Shown: positions 37,022 through 46,026 of the stretch, piece after piece
How positions within the stretch are numbered: the first letter of the stretch is position 1
Layout of the letters: every line of letters starts with the position of its first letter
NCBI GenBank assembly: GCA_947259275.1
Contig: CAMYMH010000001.1
Coordinates: 108,287 to 172,286 of the forward strand
Reading direction: 5' to 3'
Source of the DNA: an uncultured Acidimicrobiaceae bacterium
Lineage (GTDB): Bacteria > Actinomycetota > Acidimicrobiia > Spongiisociales > SHLN01
Length of the DNA stretch: 64,000 nucleotides
The notes under the pieces: model-generated
Told to the model about the DNA's origin: nothing
Databases searched by the model: none
The model's input: the letters and a program-made list of their open reading frames with translations, nothing else
Program-made: the position numbers and the translations under genes

Positions 37022-39382
37022 ATGAGTTGGGTCGGGAAGCCTCTGGAGCGCATCGAGGATGAGACCCTGCTGCGCGGGCGGGGGCGTTTCATCGATGATC
37101 TCAATCCGGTGCCCGGCGCCTACCACGCCGCCGTGGTCAGGTCTCCCTACGCGGCCGCCCATCTCACCAGCATCGACGCTTCGGCCGCCCTCGCAAGTCC
37201 CGGCGTGCTGGCAGTTGTCACCGGCCAACAGGTTGCCGAGTTGACCAAGCCGTTTCATGCGGTGATCGACACACCGGTTGCCTTCCGGGCCGCGGCCGTT
37301 GAGGAAGTCCGATACGCCGGCGAACCGGTGGCGGTGGTGGTCGCCCGGGACCGCTACCTGGCCGAGGACGCCGCCGAGATGGTGGCGGTCGAGTATGAGC
37401 CCGCCGCCCCGGTGCTGACGCCGCTTGACGCGGTCGCGGCAGGCGCGATCGTCTCCGACCGATCCTTCGTCTACGGCGATCCGCTCGGCAAGCTGGAGGA
37501 GGCCGATCTCGTCGTGACGGAATCCTTCACGTTTCCTCGCTGGACGGGAACGCCTGTCGAGGGCTTCGGCGTGATAGCCGACTGGTCGGCCGCCGACGAC
37601 GCCCTCACCGTGTGGACCAATTTTCAGGGCCCATTCACGCTGTATATGGCCGCGGCCGCCGCCCTCGGGCTCCCGCGATCCAAGCTCCGGCTCATCACTC
37701 CACCCGACTCGGGTGGGAGCTTCGGCATCAAGGCCGCGGTATACACATACGTCGTGCTGATGGGAGCGGTTTCCCGCCATCTCGGCGTTCCGGTTCGCTG
37801 GATCGAGGACCGCCTCGAGCACTTGGCCGCCAGTGCTGCCTCCACCGAACGGGTCACCGAGGTCACGGCCGGCTTCACCAATGACGGCAAGCTGATCAGC
37901 CTCGGCTATGACGTCGTCGAGGACGTCGGTGCCTATCTGCGTGCCCCGGAACCGGCCACCCTCTACCGGATGCACGGCTCGCTCAGCGGTGCCTATACCG
38001 TGCAGGATGTCTCGGCTCGCAACCGGGTGGTGTTGACCAACCGTTGCCCAACCGGCCTCAACCGCGGATTCGGTGGTCCCCAGCTGTATTTCGCCCTCGA
38101 AGGCACCATGGCCATCGCGGCAGCCCGGCTCGGCATCGATCCCGTCGACCTGGCCCATCGCAATCTGGTGGCGGCCGGGGAGTTCCCTTACACGACCCCA
38201 ACGGGTGCCATCTACGACTCCGGCGACTACGCCGTATGCCTGGACGACGCGCTGGCAACGGTTGGATATGCCGAACACCGCCGCCGGCAGGCCGCGGCGC
38301 GCGCCGACGGGCGGTTGGTCGGAATCGGGATTGCGTGTGTGGTCGAGCCGTCGGTCTCCAACATGGGCTACATCTCACTCGCCGAGACCGCCCAAGAGCG
38401 CTCGGGAGGCCTGCCCAAGTCGGGAAACACCGAGGGAGCAACCATTTCAATGTCCCCCGGGGGCGGGGTGGTCGTGCAGATCTCGACGACGCCGCAGGGC
38501 CAGGGCCACCGGACGGTCGTCTCTCAGGTGGTCGCAGATCAACTCGGCCTCGAGCCGGGGGACATCGAGGTGGTCTCCGTTCTCGACACCCACGTCAATG
38601 CGTGGTCGATCGCGTCCGGGAACTACTCCTCTCGTTTTTCGGCGATGGGTGTGGCGGCGGTGCAGCAGGCAGCTGAGGAGTTGACGGCGGCGATCAAACA
38701 GATTGCCGCTCACGAGCTGGAGTGCGCGGTCCTCGACGTTGAGCTGCGCGATGGGAAAGCCGCCGTCGTCGGCCAGCAGGATGCCGCGGTCTCGCTGCGG
38801 CGCATCGCCGGCAAGGCTCACTGGAATCCCGAGGCGCTGCCCGACGGCGTTGCTCCGGGGCTTCGTTTCACATCATTTGTCTCGGCCCCCGGCCTCGAAC
38901 CGGCGGCGAGTGACGACACGATCGCCTCCTCCGCCGTCCATGGCTTCGTGGCCGACGTAGCCGTGGTCGAGGTGGATCGGGAAACCGGCGCGGTCACCGT
39001 TCTCGACTACGCAACCACCCACGACGCCGGGACGCTCCTCAATCCGCGCCTGGTCGAAGGCCAGGTCAGGGGCGGCTTCGCGCACGGCGCAGGCGTCGCC
39101 CTCATGGAGCGTCTCGCCTACGACGAGGACGGCAACTTGATCACCGCCAGCTTCATGGACTACCTATGCATGACCGCGTCGGAGGTGCCGCCGCTGCGGT
39201 CATCGCATATCGAGACGCCGTCACCGTTCACCGCCCTCGGTGCCAAGGGCCTTGGCGAGGGCAACACGATGAGCGCGCCGGTGACCATCGCAAACGCGGT
39301 ACGAGATGCGCTCGGCATCGAGCGGCTCGAGCTGCCGCTGACGCCTTCCCGGGTGTGGGAGCTCATCGAGCCCCTGTCATGA
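37022..39382 (+). CDS. hmfA: 2-furoyl-CoA dehydrogenase large (Mo) subunit
   Basis: 'NFQGPF', 'DSGGSFGIK', 'YLRAPEPATLYRMHG', 'EPSVSNMGY', 'GNYSSRF' match HmfA as I recall it; operon order Mo-FAD-FeS-CoA ligase-crotonase. Confidence 0.82.
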   Translation: MSWVGKPLERIEDETLLRGRGRFIDDLNPVPGAYHAAVVRSPYAAAHLTSIDASAALASPGVLAVVTGQQVAELTKPFHAVIDTPVAFRAAAVEEVRYAGEPVAVVVARDRYLAEDAAEMVAVEYEPAAPVLTPLDAVAAGAIVSDRSFVYGDPLGKLEEADLVVTESFTFPRWTGTPVEGFGVIADWSAADDALTVWTNFQGPFTLYMAAAAALGLPRSKLRLITPPDSGGSFGIKAAVYTYVVLMGAVSRHLGVPVRWIEDRLEHLAASAASTERVTEVTAGFTNDGKLISLGYDVVEDVGAYLRAPEPATLYRMHGSLSGAYTVQDVSARNRVVLTNRCPTGLNRGFGGPQLYFALEGTMAIAAARLGIDPVDLAHRNLVAAGEFPYTTPTGAIYDSGDYAVCLDDALATVGYAEHRRRQAAARADGRLVGIGIACVVEPSVSNMGYISLAETAQERSGGLPKSGNTEGATISMSPGGGVVVQISTTPQGQGHRTVVSQVVADQLGLEPGDIEVVSVLDTHVNAWSIASGNYSSRFSAMGVAAVQQAAEELTAAIKQIAAHELECAVLDVELRDGKAAVVGQQDAAVSLRRIAGKAHWNPEALPDGVAPGLRFTSFVSAPGLEPAASDDTIASSAVHGFVADVAVVEVDRETGAVTVLDYATTHDAGTLLNPRLVEGQVRGGFAHGAGVALMERLAYDEDGNLITASFMDYLCMTASEVPPLRSSHIETPSPFTALGAKGLGEGNTMSAPVTIANAVRDALGIERLELPLTPSRVWELIEPLS

Positions 39383-40254
39383 AGCCGCCCGTCGTCGACT
39401 ACCTGTGTCCAGAAACCGTCGCCGAAGCGGTCGATCTTCTCGGCGAGCATGCCGACGGCGCCAAGGTGCTGGCCGGAGGGCAGAGCCTCATGCCACTGTT
39501 GAACATGCGTTTCGCCTACCCGACGGTGCTGATCGACATCAACCGCCTCGAGGAGACAGCCGCAATCGAGCCGGGCGACGAGGTGGTGGTCATCGGTGCC
39601 ACGGTCCGACAGGGCGATGCCGACCAGTCTCGGACCGTGCACGCCATGGTGCCTCTGCTGGCCCAAGCACTGCCCCACATCGGCCATTTCGTAACCAGGA
39701 ACCGGGGCACCATCGGTGGCTCGGTGGTCCACGCCGATCCCCGCGGCGAGGTTCCACTGGTGATGGTCACCCTCGGCGGCCGGGCAACGGTGGTTTCCAC
39801 CTCCGGGACGCGTACCATCGAAGCGGACGATCTGTTCCTCAGTCACTACACCACCTCGATCGCAGACGACGAACTTTTGCTCGACACGATCTGGCCGGCC
39901 CCCGGTGGGTTGTGGGGTTACGCCTTTCGCGAGTTCTCTCAGCGGCACGGGGACTATGCCCTCGGCATGGTGGCATGTGCCCTACGCCGGGAAGACGGAG
40001 TGGCGAAGCAGGCGACGGTAGCCGTCGGCGCGGTGGCCGGGCATCCCGTCGTCCTCGACGAGGTCGGCGCCGCGCTGGTGGGGGAGCCGATCGATGAGCG
40101 AGCCGCGGCCGAAGCGGGCCGTCTCGCCGCCGCCGCCGTCGACCCGTCATCCGATTTACATGCCTCGGCCCGTTATCGCCGGCACCTGGTTGGCCTGCTG
40201 ACCGAGAGTGCCCTGCTTGCCGCTTGGGCGGATACCGAACGCGAGGAGGCGTGA
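39379..40254 (+). CDS. hmfB: 2-furoyl-CoA dehydrogenase FAD subunit
   Basis: 'AGGQSL', 'RNRGTIGGS', 'RHGDYA'; operon position. Confidence 0.8.
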   Translation: MKPPVVDYLCPETVAEAVDLLGEHADGAKVLAGGQSLMPLLNMRFAYPTVLIDINRLEETAAIEPGDEVVVIGATVRQGDADQSRTVHAMVPLLAQALPHIGHFVTRNRGTIGGSVVHADPRGEVPLVMVTLGGRATVVSTSGTRTIEADDLFLSHYTTSIADDELLLDTIWPAPGGLWGYAFREFSQRHGDYALGMVACALRREDGVAKQATVAVGAVAGHPVVLDEVGAALVGEPIDERAAAEAGRLAAAAVDPSSDLHASARYRRHLVGLLTESALLAAWADTEREEA

Positions 40255-40724
40255 TCGAGGTCTCTGTTACCGTCAACGGCCGCGCCTACGAGGAGGCGGT
40301 GGCGCCGCGCCTGTTGCTGTCTGACTTCCTCCGCCACACCCTTGGACTGACCGGAACCCATGTCGGATGCGAGCACGGGGTGTGTGGCTCGTGCACGGTC
40401 ATCGTCGATGACCGGTCGGTCCGGTCTTGCCTGATGCTGGCCGCTCAGGTCGACGGAGCCGAGGTGAGGACCGTTGAGGGCCTCGCCGATGGCGACGAGC
40501 TGCACCCGCTCCAGGCCGCCTTCCGCCGCAACCACGCGCTGCAGTGTGGTTTCTGTACCCCGGGGATCCTGATGGCATCGGTGGACTTCCTGGAGAGAAG
40601 CGATTCTCCCGGCCGCCGCCAGATTGCCGAGATGCTCTCGGGCCACCTGTGTCGCTGCACCGGGTACGAGCCGATCGTCGAGTCGATCCATGCTGTTGCC
40701 CTCCAAGAAGGGCAATCGCCGTGA
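40251..40724 (+). CDS. hmfC: 2-furoyl-CoA dehydrogenase 2Fe-2S subunit
   Basis: 'GCEHGVCGSC', 'QCGFCTPG', 'CRCTGY'. Confidence 0.8.
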   Translation: MIEVSVTVNGRAYEEAVAPRLLLSDFLRHTLGLTGTHVGCEHGVCGSCTVIVDDRSVRSCLMLAAQVDGAEVRTVEGLADGDELHPLQAAFRRNHALQCGFCTPGILMASVDFLERSDSPGRRQIAEMLSGHLCRCTGYEPIVESIHAVALQEGQSP

Positions 40725-42232
40725 ACCTGGCCCGCACGCTCCACTACGCCGCCGAACGCACGCCCGACGCCGAAGCCGTGGTCGACGGCGAAACGCGGAT
40801 CGTCTACTCAGTGCTGCGGGAGCGGGCGGCCAGGCTGGCAGGGGGATTGGCGGCCCTGGGGGTGCAGCCCGGCGACCCGGTGGCGACCGTGCTCAAGAAC
40901 CGCCACGAGAATGTCGAGCTCTTCTGGGCCTGCCAATACCTGGGCGCCCAATTCGTACCCCTTTCCTGGCGCAACCCGCCGTCCGCAGTCGAGTACTGCG
41001 TGGAGGATGCCGGAGCCAACGTGGTGGTCTTCGAGCCGGCGAGCGAGCAGCATGCGGCGGCGGTGGAAGGCTCGGGGCGGAACCTGGTGGCGGCCGCCGG
41101 GTCATCGAGCGATTGCACTTTCGACGGCCTGTTGAAGTCGGAGCCGATCGAGGGGGCATTCGACCTGGCAGACACGGCGACGTCCATCATGCTTTACACG
41201 TCGGGAACTACCGGCCGGCCCAAGGGGGTGCCGCGGTCGCATCGGGCAGAGCGCACCGCCGCTATGTCTCAGGCCTTGCAGCATGGCTATGTCCCCTGGG
41301 AGCGGACGCTGGGGACCATGCCTTTGTTTCACACCATGGGCGATCACTCCATGATCGCCATGTCCCTGCTGGCCGGGTGCTACGTCTGCCAGCCGGACTG
41401 GGGGGCGGCGATGGGCCTCGACCAGGTCGAGCAGGAGCGCATCACGTCGCTGTACCTGGCGCCCACGCTGTTCCACGACCTGGTGAAAGATCCCGGTGTT
41501 GGAGATTGCGATCTGTCGTCGGTGCGGGCCCTGGGATACGCTGGTGCGGCCATGACGGGTGCGCTGGCCGAACGCTGTACCGCCGCATTCCAACCTGAGG
41601 TGTTCGTCAACCACTACGGGTCGACGGAGATCTACACGTTCACCATCGGTCGTCGCCAGGTCGACAAGCCCGGCAACGCCGGCCGGGCATCGGTCAACGC
41701 CCTGATCCGCCTGGTGACTGTCGAGTCCGGCGCCGGGCCGGACGATCTGGTAGGTGCCGGTGAGGACGGTCAGATCATCTGCCATATGTCTTCCCCGGAA
41801 GCCTTCACCGGATACTGGCAACGCCCGGATGCCGACGCCAAAGCCATCCGGGATGGGTGGTACTACACAGGAGATGTTGGCGTGATCGACGAGGACGGCG
41901 ACATGTGGATCGTGGGCAGAGCGGACGACATGATCAATTCCGGTGGCGAGAACATCCATCCGCTCGAGGTGGAGGAGGTGCTGGCCCGTGCCCCCGGCGT
42001 CATCGAGGCGGCGGTCTATGGGGTGGCGGACGAACGGCTCGGGCAGCGGGTGGTCGCCTCGGTGGTAGCGCAGCCCGACGCTACCGCCGAGACCCTCGAC
42101 CAGTACTGTCTGGCGTCACCCAACCTCGCCCGCTACAAGCGTCCCCGTGAGTACCGCATCGTCGAGGCGCTGCCCAAGAGCGCATCGGGGAAGGTTCTCC
42201 GCCGAGTCTTGAGAGAAGGAGACAAGACATGA
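40721..42232 (+). CDS. hmfD: 2-furoate--CoA ligase
   Basis: 'YTSGTTGRPKGVPR.H..ER.AA', 'ERTLG.MPLFHTMG', 'NHYGSTEIYTF'. Confidence 0.82.
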   Translation: MNLARTLHYAAERTPDAEAVVDGETRIVYSVLRERAARLAGGLAALGVQPGDPVATVLKNRHENVELFWACQYLGAQFVPLSWRNPPSAVEYCVEDAGANVVVFEPASEQHAAAVEGSGRNLVAAAGSSSDCTFDGLLKSEPIEGAFDLADTATSIMLYTSGTTGRPKGVPRSHRAERTAAMSQALQHGYVPWERTLGTMPLFHTMGDHSMIAMSLLAGCYVCQPDWGAAMGLDQVEQERITSLYLAPTLFHDLVKDPGVGDCDLSSVRALGYAGAAMTGALAERCTAAFQPEVFVNHYGSTEIYTFTIGRRQVDKPGNAGRASVNALIRLVTVESGAGPDDLVGAGEDGQIICHMSSPEAFTGYWQRPDADAKAIRDGWYYTGDVGVIDEDGDMWIVGRADDMINSGGENIHPLEVEEVLARAPGVIEAAVYGVADERLGQRVVASVVAQPDATAETLDQYCLASPNLARYKRPREYRIVEALPKSASGKVLRRVLREGDKT

Positions 42233-43017
42233 CCTATTCGACGGAGCTGGACGGCATGCGCTTTGAGCGCGACCCCGGCCGCGGCGTTGCCACCATCACG
42301 CTTGACGTCCCCGACAAGCACAATCGGGTTTCGATGCTGAGCAGGAATCAGCTGGCTGCGCTCTTCGAGGAGATCGGTAGAGATGACGAGGTGCGGGTTG
42401 TGATGCTCGCCGGAGCAGGCGAGCGCGCCTTCACCGCGGGTGGTGACATTCCAGGATTTCTCGAGGCCTCGCCCGAGACTCTGACCCGGCTGCACCACAA
42501 CGTCGCCGCGCCGGAACGATGCCCGAAGCCGGTAATCGCCAAGCTGCATGGCTACTGCCTCGGGGTGGGGACGGAGCTGGCGCTGGCATGTGACTTCCGG
42601 ATCGCGGCCTCCGACCTCCAGCTGGGTCTTCCGGAGATCAGGATCGGCATGATGCCGGGTAGCGGCGGTACCCAACGCATGGCGCGTCTGATCGGGCTCG
42701 GCCGGGCCAAGGACATGATCATGCGGGGGCGGAGGATCGAGGCGGAGGAAGCGCTGGCCTATGGGCTGGTCACCGAGGTCGTGGAGCCAGATGAGCTGGA
42801 CGAGGCAGCCGACCGGCTGGCAGTTGAGCTGATGGGCCATTCACCGTTGGCGATGGCGATGGTGAAGCGGATCCTCAATCGTGCCTACGACGGCTCGCTG
42901 CAGACCGGCCTGGAGCTGGAAGGCCTCGCCTACGGTTTCCTGCGCACCACCGACGACTTCCGAGAAGGCGTCGAGTCGTTCGTCGAGGGCAGGCCACCCG
43001 TCTACCGCGGCTCCTGA
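42229..43017 (+). CDS. hmfE: 2-oxoglutaroyl-CoA hydrolase (crotonase fold)
   Basis: 'GGDIPGFLEASPE', 'NVAAPERCPKPVIA', 'PGSGG', 'DDFREGVE'. Confidence 0.82.
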   Translation: MTYSTELDGMRFERDPGRGVATITLDVPDKHNRVSMLSRNQLAALFEEIGRDDEVRVVMLAGAGERAFTAGGDIPGFLEASPETLTRLHHNVAAPERCPKPVIAKLHGYCLGVGTELALACDFRIAASDLQLGLPEIRIGMMPGSGGTQRMARLIGLGRAKDMIMRGRRIEAEEALAYGLVTEVVEPDELDEAADRLAVELMGHSPLAMAMVKRILNRAYDGSLQTGLELEGLAYGFLRTTDDFREGVESFVEGRPPVYRGS

Positions 43018-43063
43018 GGCAGGTTTCGCTTGTCGCCTTGCTCACAGCAGTATCCACGGATGT

Positions 43064-43295
43064 CTCTCCCCCCGGAGGGGGGAGTCCGACGAAGTCGGGA
43101 GGGGGGCGGCAACACCTTCGGCGTAGCACCTGTCAAGATCAGCAGTAGTTGCGAAGCAACTCCCAAGGAACGCGCAGCGTTCCCCGCAACTGCACCTGTC
43201 AAGATCAGCAGGAGTTGTGAAGCAACTCCCAAGGAGCGCGCAGCGTTCCCGTCCCCTCCGCCCCTGACGGGACACCTCCCCCTCCGGGGGAGGAA
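43064..43295. repeat. Composite palindromic (REP/REPIN-like) element: inverted terminal arms around two 59-bp direct repeats
   Basis: Arms ctccccccggaggggggag and cctccccctccgggggagg; inner repeats 43126-43184 and 43192-43250 with 3 mismatches; lies between convergent genes. Confidence 0.8.
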
Positions 43296-43318
43296 ACGAC
43301 AGCGATCGCGGATCCTGC

Positions 43319-45541
43319 TCAGCGCAAGGTGAACTCGATCGGCGCCGCGTTCTCCTCTACGTCCGCGGTTTCCCTGGCGTGGAGCAGCGCGGTTTGAACG
43401 ATGTGCTTCACTCTGGCGTAGTTGTCTAGCTCCGCGGGTACGGGGCTGGTTCGCAGACCGAGGGCGTAGGCGGCGGCGTTACCGCCGATGGCCCGGTAGG
43501 AGTCGAGGGTCAGCACGGGAGCCATCGAGAAGAGTTCGAGATTGTCGAGCGGTTCCAGATCTGCCCGGTGAATTACAGCCGTTCCCTTCGACTGGACGCC
43601 AACGCCGATCCCCGAGCCGCTCAACCGGGCGGCGTCGTGGGCGATGAAGGCGACATCCGACGTGCGGCGCACTCTGACCAGACGGGGCCGGCCGCCTGCC
43701 GTCCGCACCCCGTCGACGAGGGCACCGATGACGGCCTCGTGTTCCAGGCCGTTGATGGTCGCCCGCAGCGTTCCGAGGAAGGCGGGGCCGACGCCAATCA
43801 CGACTTCGTCCCGACCGGCTCCTTGCCCGGCATCACCGAGCACCGTGATCGGCGCGGTCTGGTTGGTGGCGGCCGGTGCCAGCGTCCCGGGGTCGAGGCG
43901 ATGGGGGAGCGACTGCAGCTTCTCCCAGCGTTCGCCTTCGAGGCGGTAGCCAGTTCCGGGCCCGGTGTACTCGTTCGGATCGTTCACCGCCGACTCCACC
44001 CGCCAGTCGTCGCCGACGATGGCCGACGTCTGCAAGTAGTCGGCGCTCACTCGCAGCCGCTGCATCCCGAGCACGGCTTCGGCCACCGCGGTGTAGCCGG
44101 CAATGTCCAACGCCCGGGCAACGTCGACGCCGGTGAGCTCCTCGGCGAACACCAGGTCGGCAGCATCGACATCCGCAGCACGGTCCCGATCGGGTACGTC
44201 GCGGCTGTCGTAACCGACCACCGCCGCGGCCACCTCTTCGTCGGTGATCTCCGGAAAGCTCAGGTGACGGAACACTGCCTGCACCGCGCCGGCCGCCTGC
44301 TTGCGCACCGCCAGTGCTTGGGCTTCGTCGAGCGGTTCGATGCCGGCGTCAACCTGCCAATCGCGCTGAATCGTCGTCCACTCGTCGAGATCGTCTGCGT
44401 CGTAGTTGCCGCCTCCGAACATGTTGTCGTACTTGGGTACCGCGCTGTAGCCGGAGGTGACGAAGTCGGTGCCGGGGAGGAATTGGCCCATCAGCTTGGC
44501 GGTCCGCCGGATGGGGGAGTGGGAGGCGATGGCGTCGTTCCCGGACGCCACCTCCAGACCCAGCCACGCTGCGACGAGGTTCTCGGCCAGGATCGCTTTG
44601 GTGCCTCCCGGCAGCGATAGCGGAAGGGCAACGGTTGAGATTCCGCCGTTCTGCACCCCCTGGGAGCCGGTGGCCCTGATCAATGCCAGGCAACGAGCCT
44701 CCAGATAGAGCATGGAACAGCCCTCGGCGTGGCCCATCAAAGCTTCCGAGCCGCTGCCCGAGGTGAATCGAACCTTGATCCCGCGTGAGGCATACGCCGA
44801 GGCGAGGAATGCCTTTGACCAGGGGGTGTCGTCACCGTCGACCATGGCGGCGTCGGTACCGTAAACCGACAACGTCTCTGAATATGTGGTGAGGCCCTGC
44901 ATCCCCAATTCGAGATTTCGTTTCTCTTCGACGGCGCATTGGGTGAGCACGCCGGGGCGTCCAACCTGGGAGCCGACCAGCAGGGCGATGGCGTTGAAGG
45001 GCGCGTAGCGAGCAACTCCCACCGTGGTCTCGATCTCCGCAAAGCCGCGGGCGGCGGCCTCGGCGGCATCGGCGGCCAGCAGGGCAGGGCTCTCTTTGCG
45101 ATTCGTAACGTGCGCCTGGTTGGCCGGTCGTCGACGGGCGCGCAGCTTCTTGAGGGCGAACATCATTTCCACCGGATCGAGCCGGCCGACCACCCGGGCG
45201 AGCTTGGCCGGCGTAAGGCCACCCGACAGGCGAACGAGCTCGTCACGCGACGCCGAGACGTCGACCAGACGGAGCGCGATCTCGTCGTCGGACAGGTGCA
45301 TCACCTCGTTTGCGACCTCGAGGTCGATGCCGCGCAAGCTCACGAACCGGTCGATGAGATCGAACTCGTCTGCGGTCTTGCCGTCCATTGCCGTGATCGT
45401 TCCGTCAACGATGGTCAGCCCGGGTTCGGGGTCGTTCGGGCCGTTCATGGTCACCAGCCCGAGATCGGGCTGCGGTTCGATAATCGTCTCGAGACTCAGA
45501 TTTCTGTTGAGCCGGGCGCGGGCGCGGGCCGAGTCGGTCAC
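43319..45541 (-). CDS. B12-dependent diol/glycerol dehydratase, fused large+medium subunit (PduC-PduD like)
   Basis: 'NQAHVTN', 'ETTVGVARYAPFNA', 'ETLSVYGT', 'DGDDTPWSK', 'QNG', 'DNMF', followed by the medium-subunit motifs 'SDVAF', 'LSGSGIGVGVQSKGT', 'NLELF'. Confidence 0.93.
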   Translation of the reverse strand: MTDSARARARLNRNLSLETIIEPQPDLGLVTMNGPNDPEPGLTIVDGTITAMDGKTADEFDLIDRFVSLRGIDLEVANEVMHLSDDEIALRLVDVSASRDELVRLSGGLTPAKLARVVGRLDPVEMMFALKKLRARRRPANQAHVTNRKESPALLAADAAEAAARGFAEIETTVGVARYAPFNAIALLVGSQVGRPGVLTQCAVEEKRNLELGMQGLTTYSETLSVYGTDAAMVDGDDTPWSKAFLASAYASRGIKVRFTSGSGSEALMGHAEGCSMLYLEARCLALIRATGSQGVQNGGISTVALPLSLPGGTKAILAENLVAAWLGLEVASGNDAIASHSPIRRTAKLMGQFLPGTDFVTSGYSAVPKYDNMFGGGNYDADDLDEWTTIQRDWQVDAGIEPLDEAQALAVRKQAAGAVQAVFRHLSFPEITDEEVAAAVVGYDSRDVPDRDRAADVDAADLVFAEELTGVDVARALDIAGYTAVAEAVLGMQRLRVSADYLQTSAIVGDDWRVESAVNDPNEYTGPGTGYRLEGERWEKLQSLPHRLDPGTLAPAATNQTAPITVLGDAGQGAGRDEVVIGVGPAFLGTLRATINGLEHEAVIGALVDGVRTAGGRPRLVRVRRTSDVAFIAHDAARLSGSGIGVGVQSKGTAVIHRADLEPLDNLELFSMAPVLTLDSYRAIGGNAAAYALGLRTSPVPAELDNYARVKHIVQTALLHARETADVEENAAPIEFTLR

Positions 45542-45951
45542 GCCAGCAGTCCGCGGGCGGCGTAGGCAGCCGCGGCCTCCCGCACCAGCCCGGCAATGGC
45601 CGGTGCGTCGTAGTCCGTCTCCAACCGCCGAGCCCACTGTTCGAGATCCTCCAGCGAGGAGCGGCCCGGCCGCAGCGCCGTGTAGATCTCGAGGATCACC
45701 GGGTTGGGGACTTTGGCCAGCTCGGCTGCCCGGTCGAGGTTGTCGGCCAGCTGATCGCGCCGGGCGGTCCGGGCCACTTCGGCCTGCATGCGCAGCGTCT
45801 CGGGAGTTGTCCGGAACTCGTCGTCGGGAATGGCACCCCGTCGGAGTTGCTCGAGCGTGAGGTCGGTGAGGGCCATGCCGCCCGGTGTCCGCACCAGATC
45901 GGGACGACGAGTACCGATCGGATAGTCGGTTCGAGGATCGAAGTCGGCCAT
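45538..45951 (-). CDS. Diol dehydratase small subunit (PduE-like)
   Basis: 'DYPIG..RPD', 'TPETLRMQA', 'RAAEL', 'IYTALRPGRSS', 'VREAA..Y'. Confidence 0.92.
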   Translation of the reverse strand: MADFDPRTDYPIGTRRPDLVRTPGGMALTDLTLEQLRRGAIPDDEFRTTPETLRMQAEVARTARRDQLADNLDRAAELAKVPNPVILEIYTALRPGRSSLEDLEQWARRLETDYDAPAIAGLVREAAAAYAARGLLA

Positions 45952-46026
45952 GGCACGAGTGTACCGCCGGCCGTTGTTGGGCGGCTCCGCTCGCGTCGGG
46001 CAGGGATGGTGCCTAGATTGACGGGC

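Noticed and set aside
36947-38278. 750-aa version of the DapA-like ORF
   Set aside because: The extension is an antisense shadow of hmfA; the RBS supports a start at 36946.
37022-40724. Aerobic CO dehydrogenase (coxLMS with coxG)
   Set aside because: The active-site loop is LNRGFG, not AYxCSFR; motifs and neighbours fit hmfABC.
43126-43250. Possible CRISPR array
   Set aside because: Only two 59-bp copies separated by 7 nt, no spacers and no cas genes.
43030-43332. 100-aa ORF with an internal peptide repeat
   Set aside because: It simply translates the DNA repeat element; no RBS or family signal.
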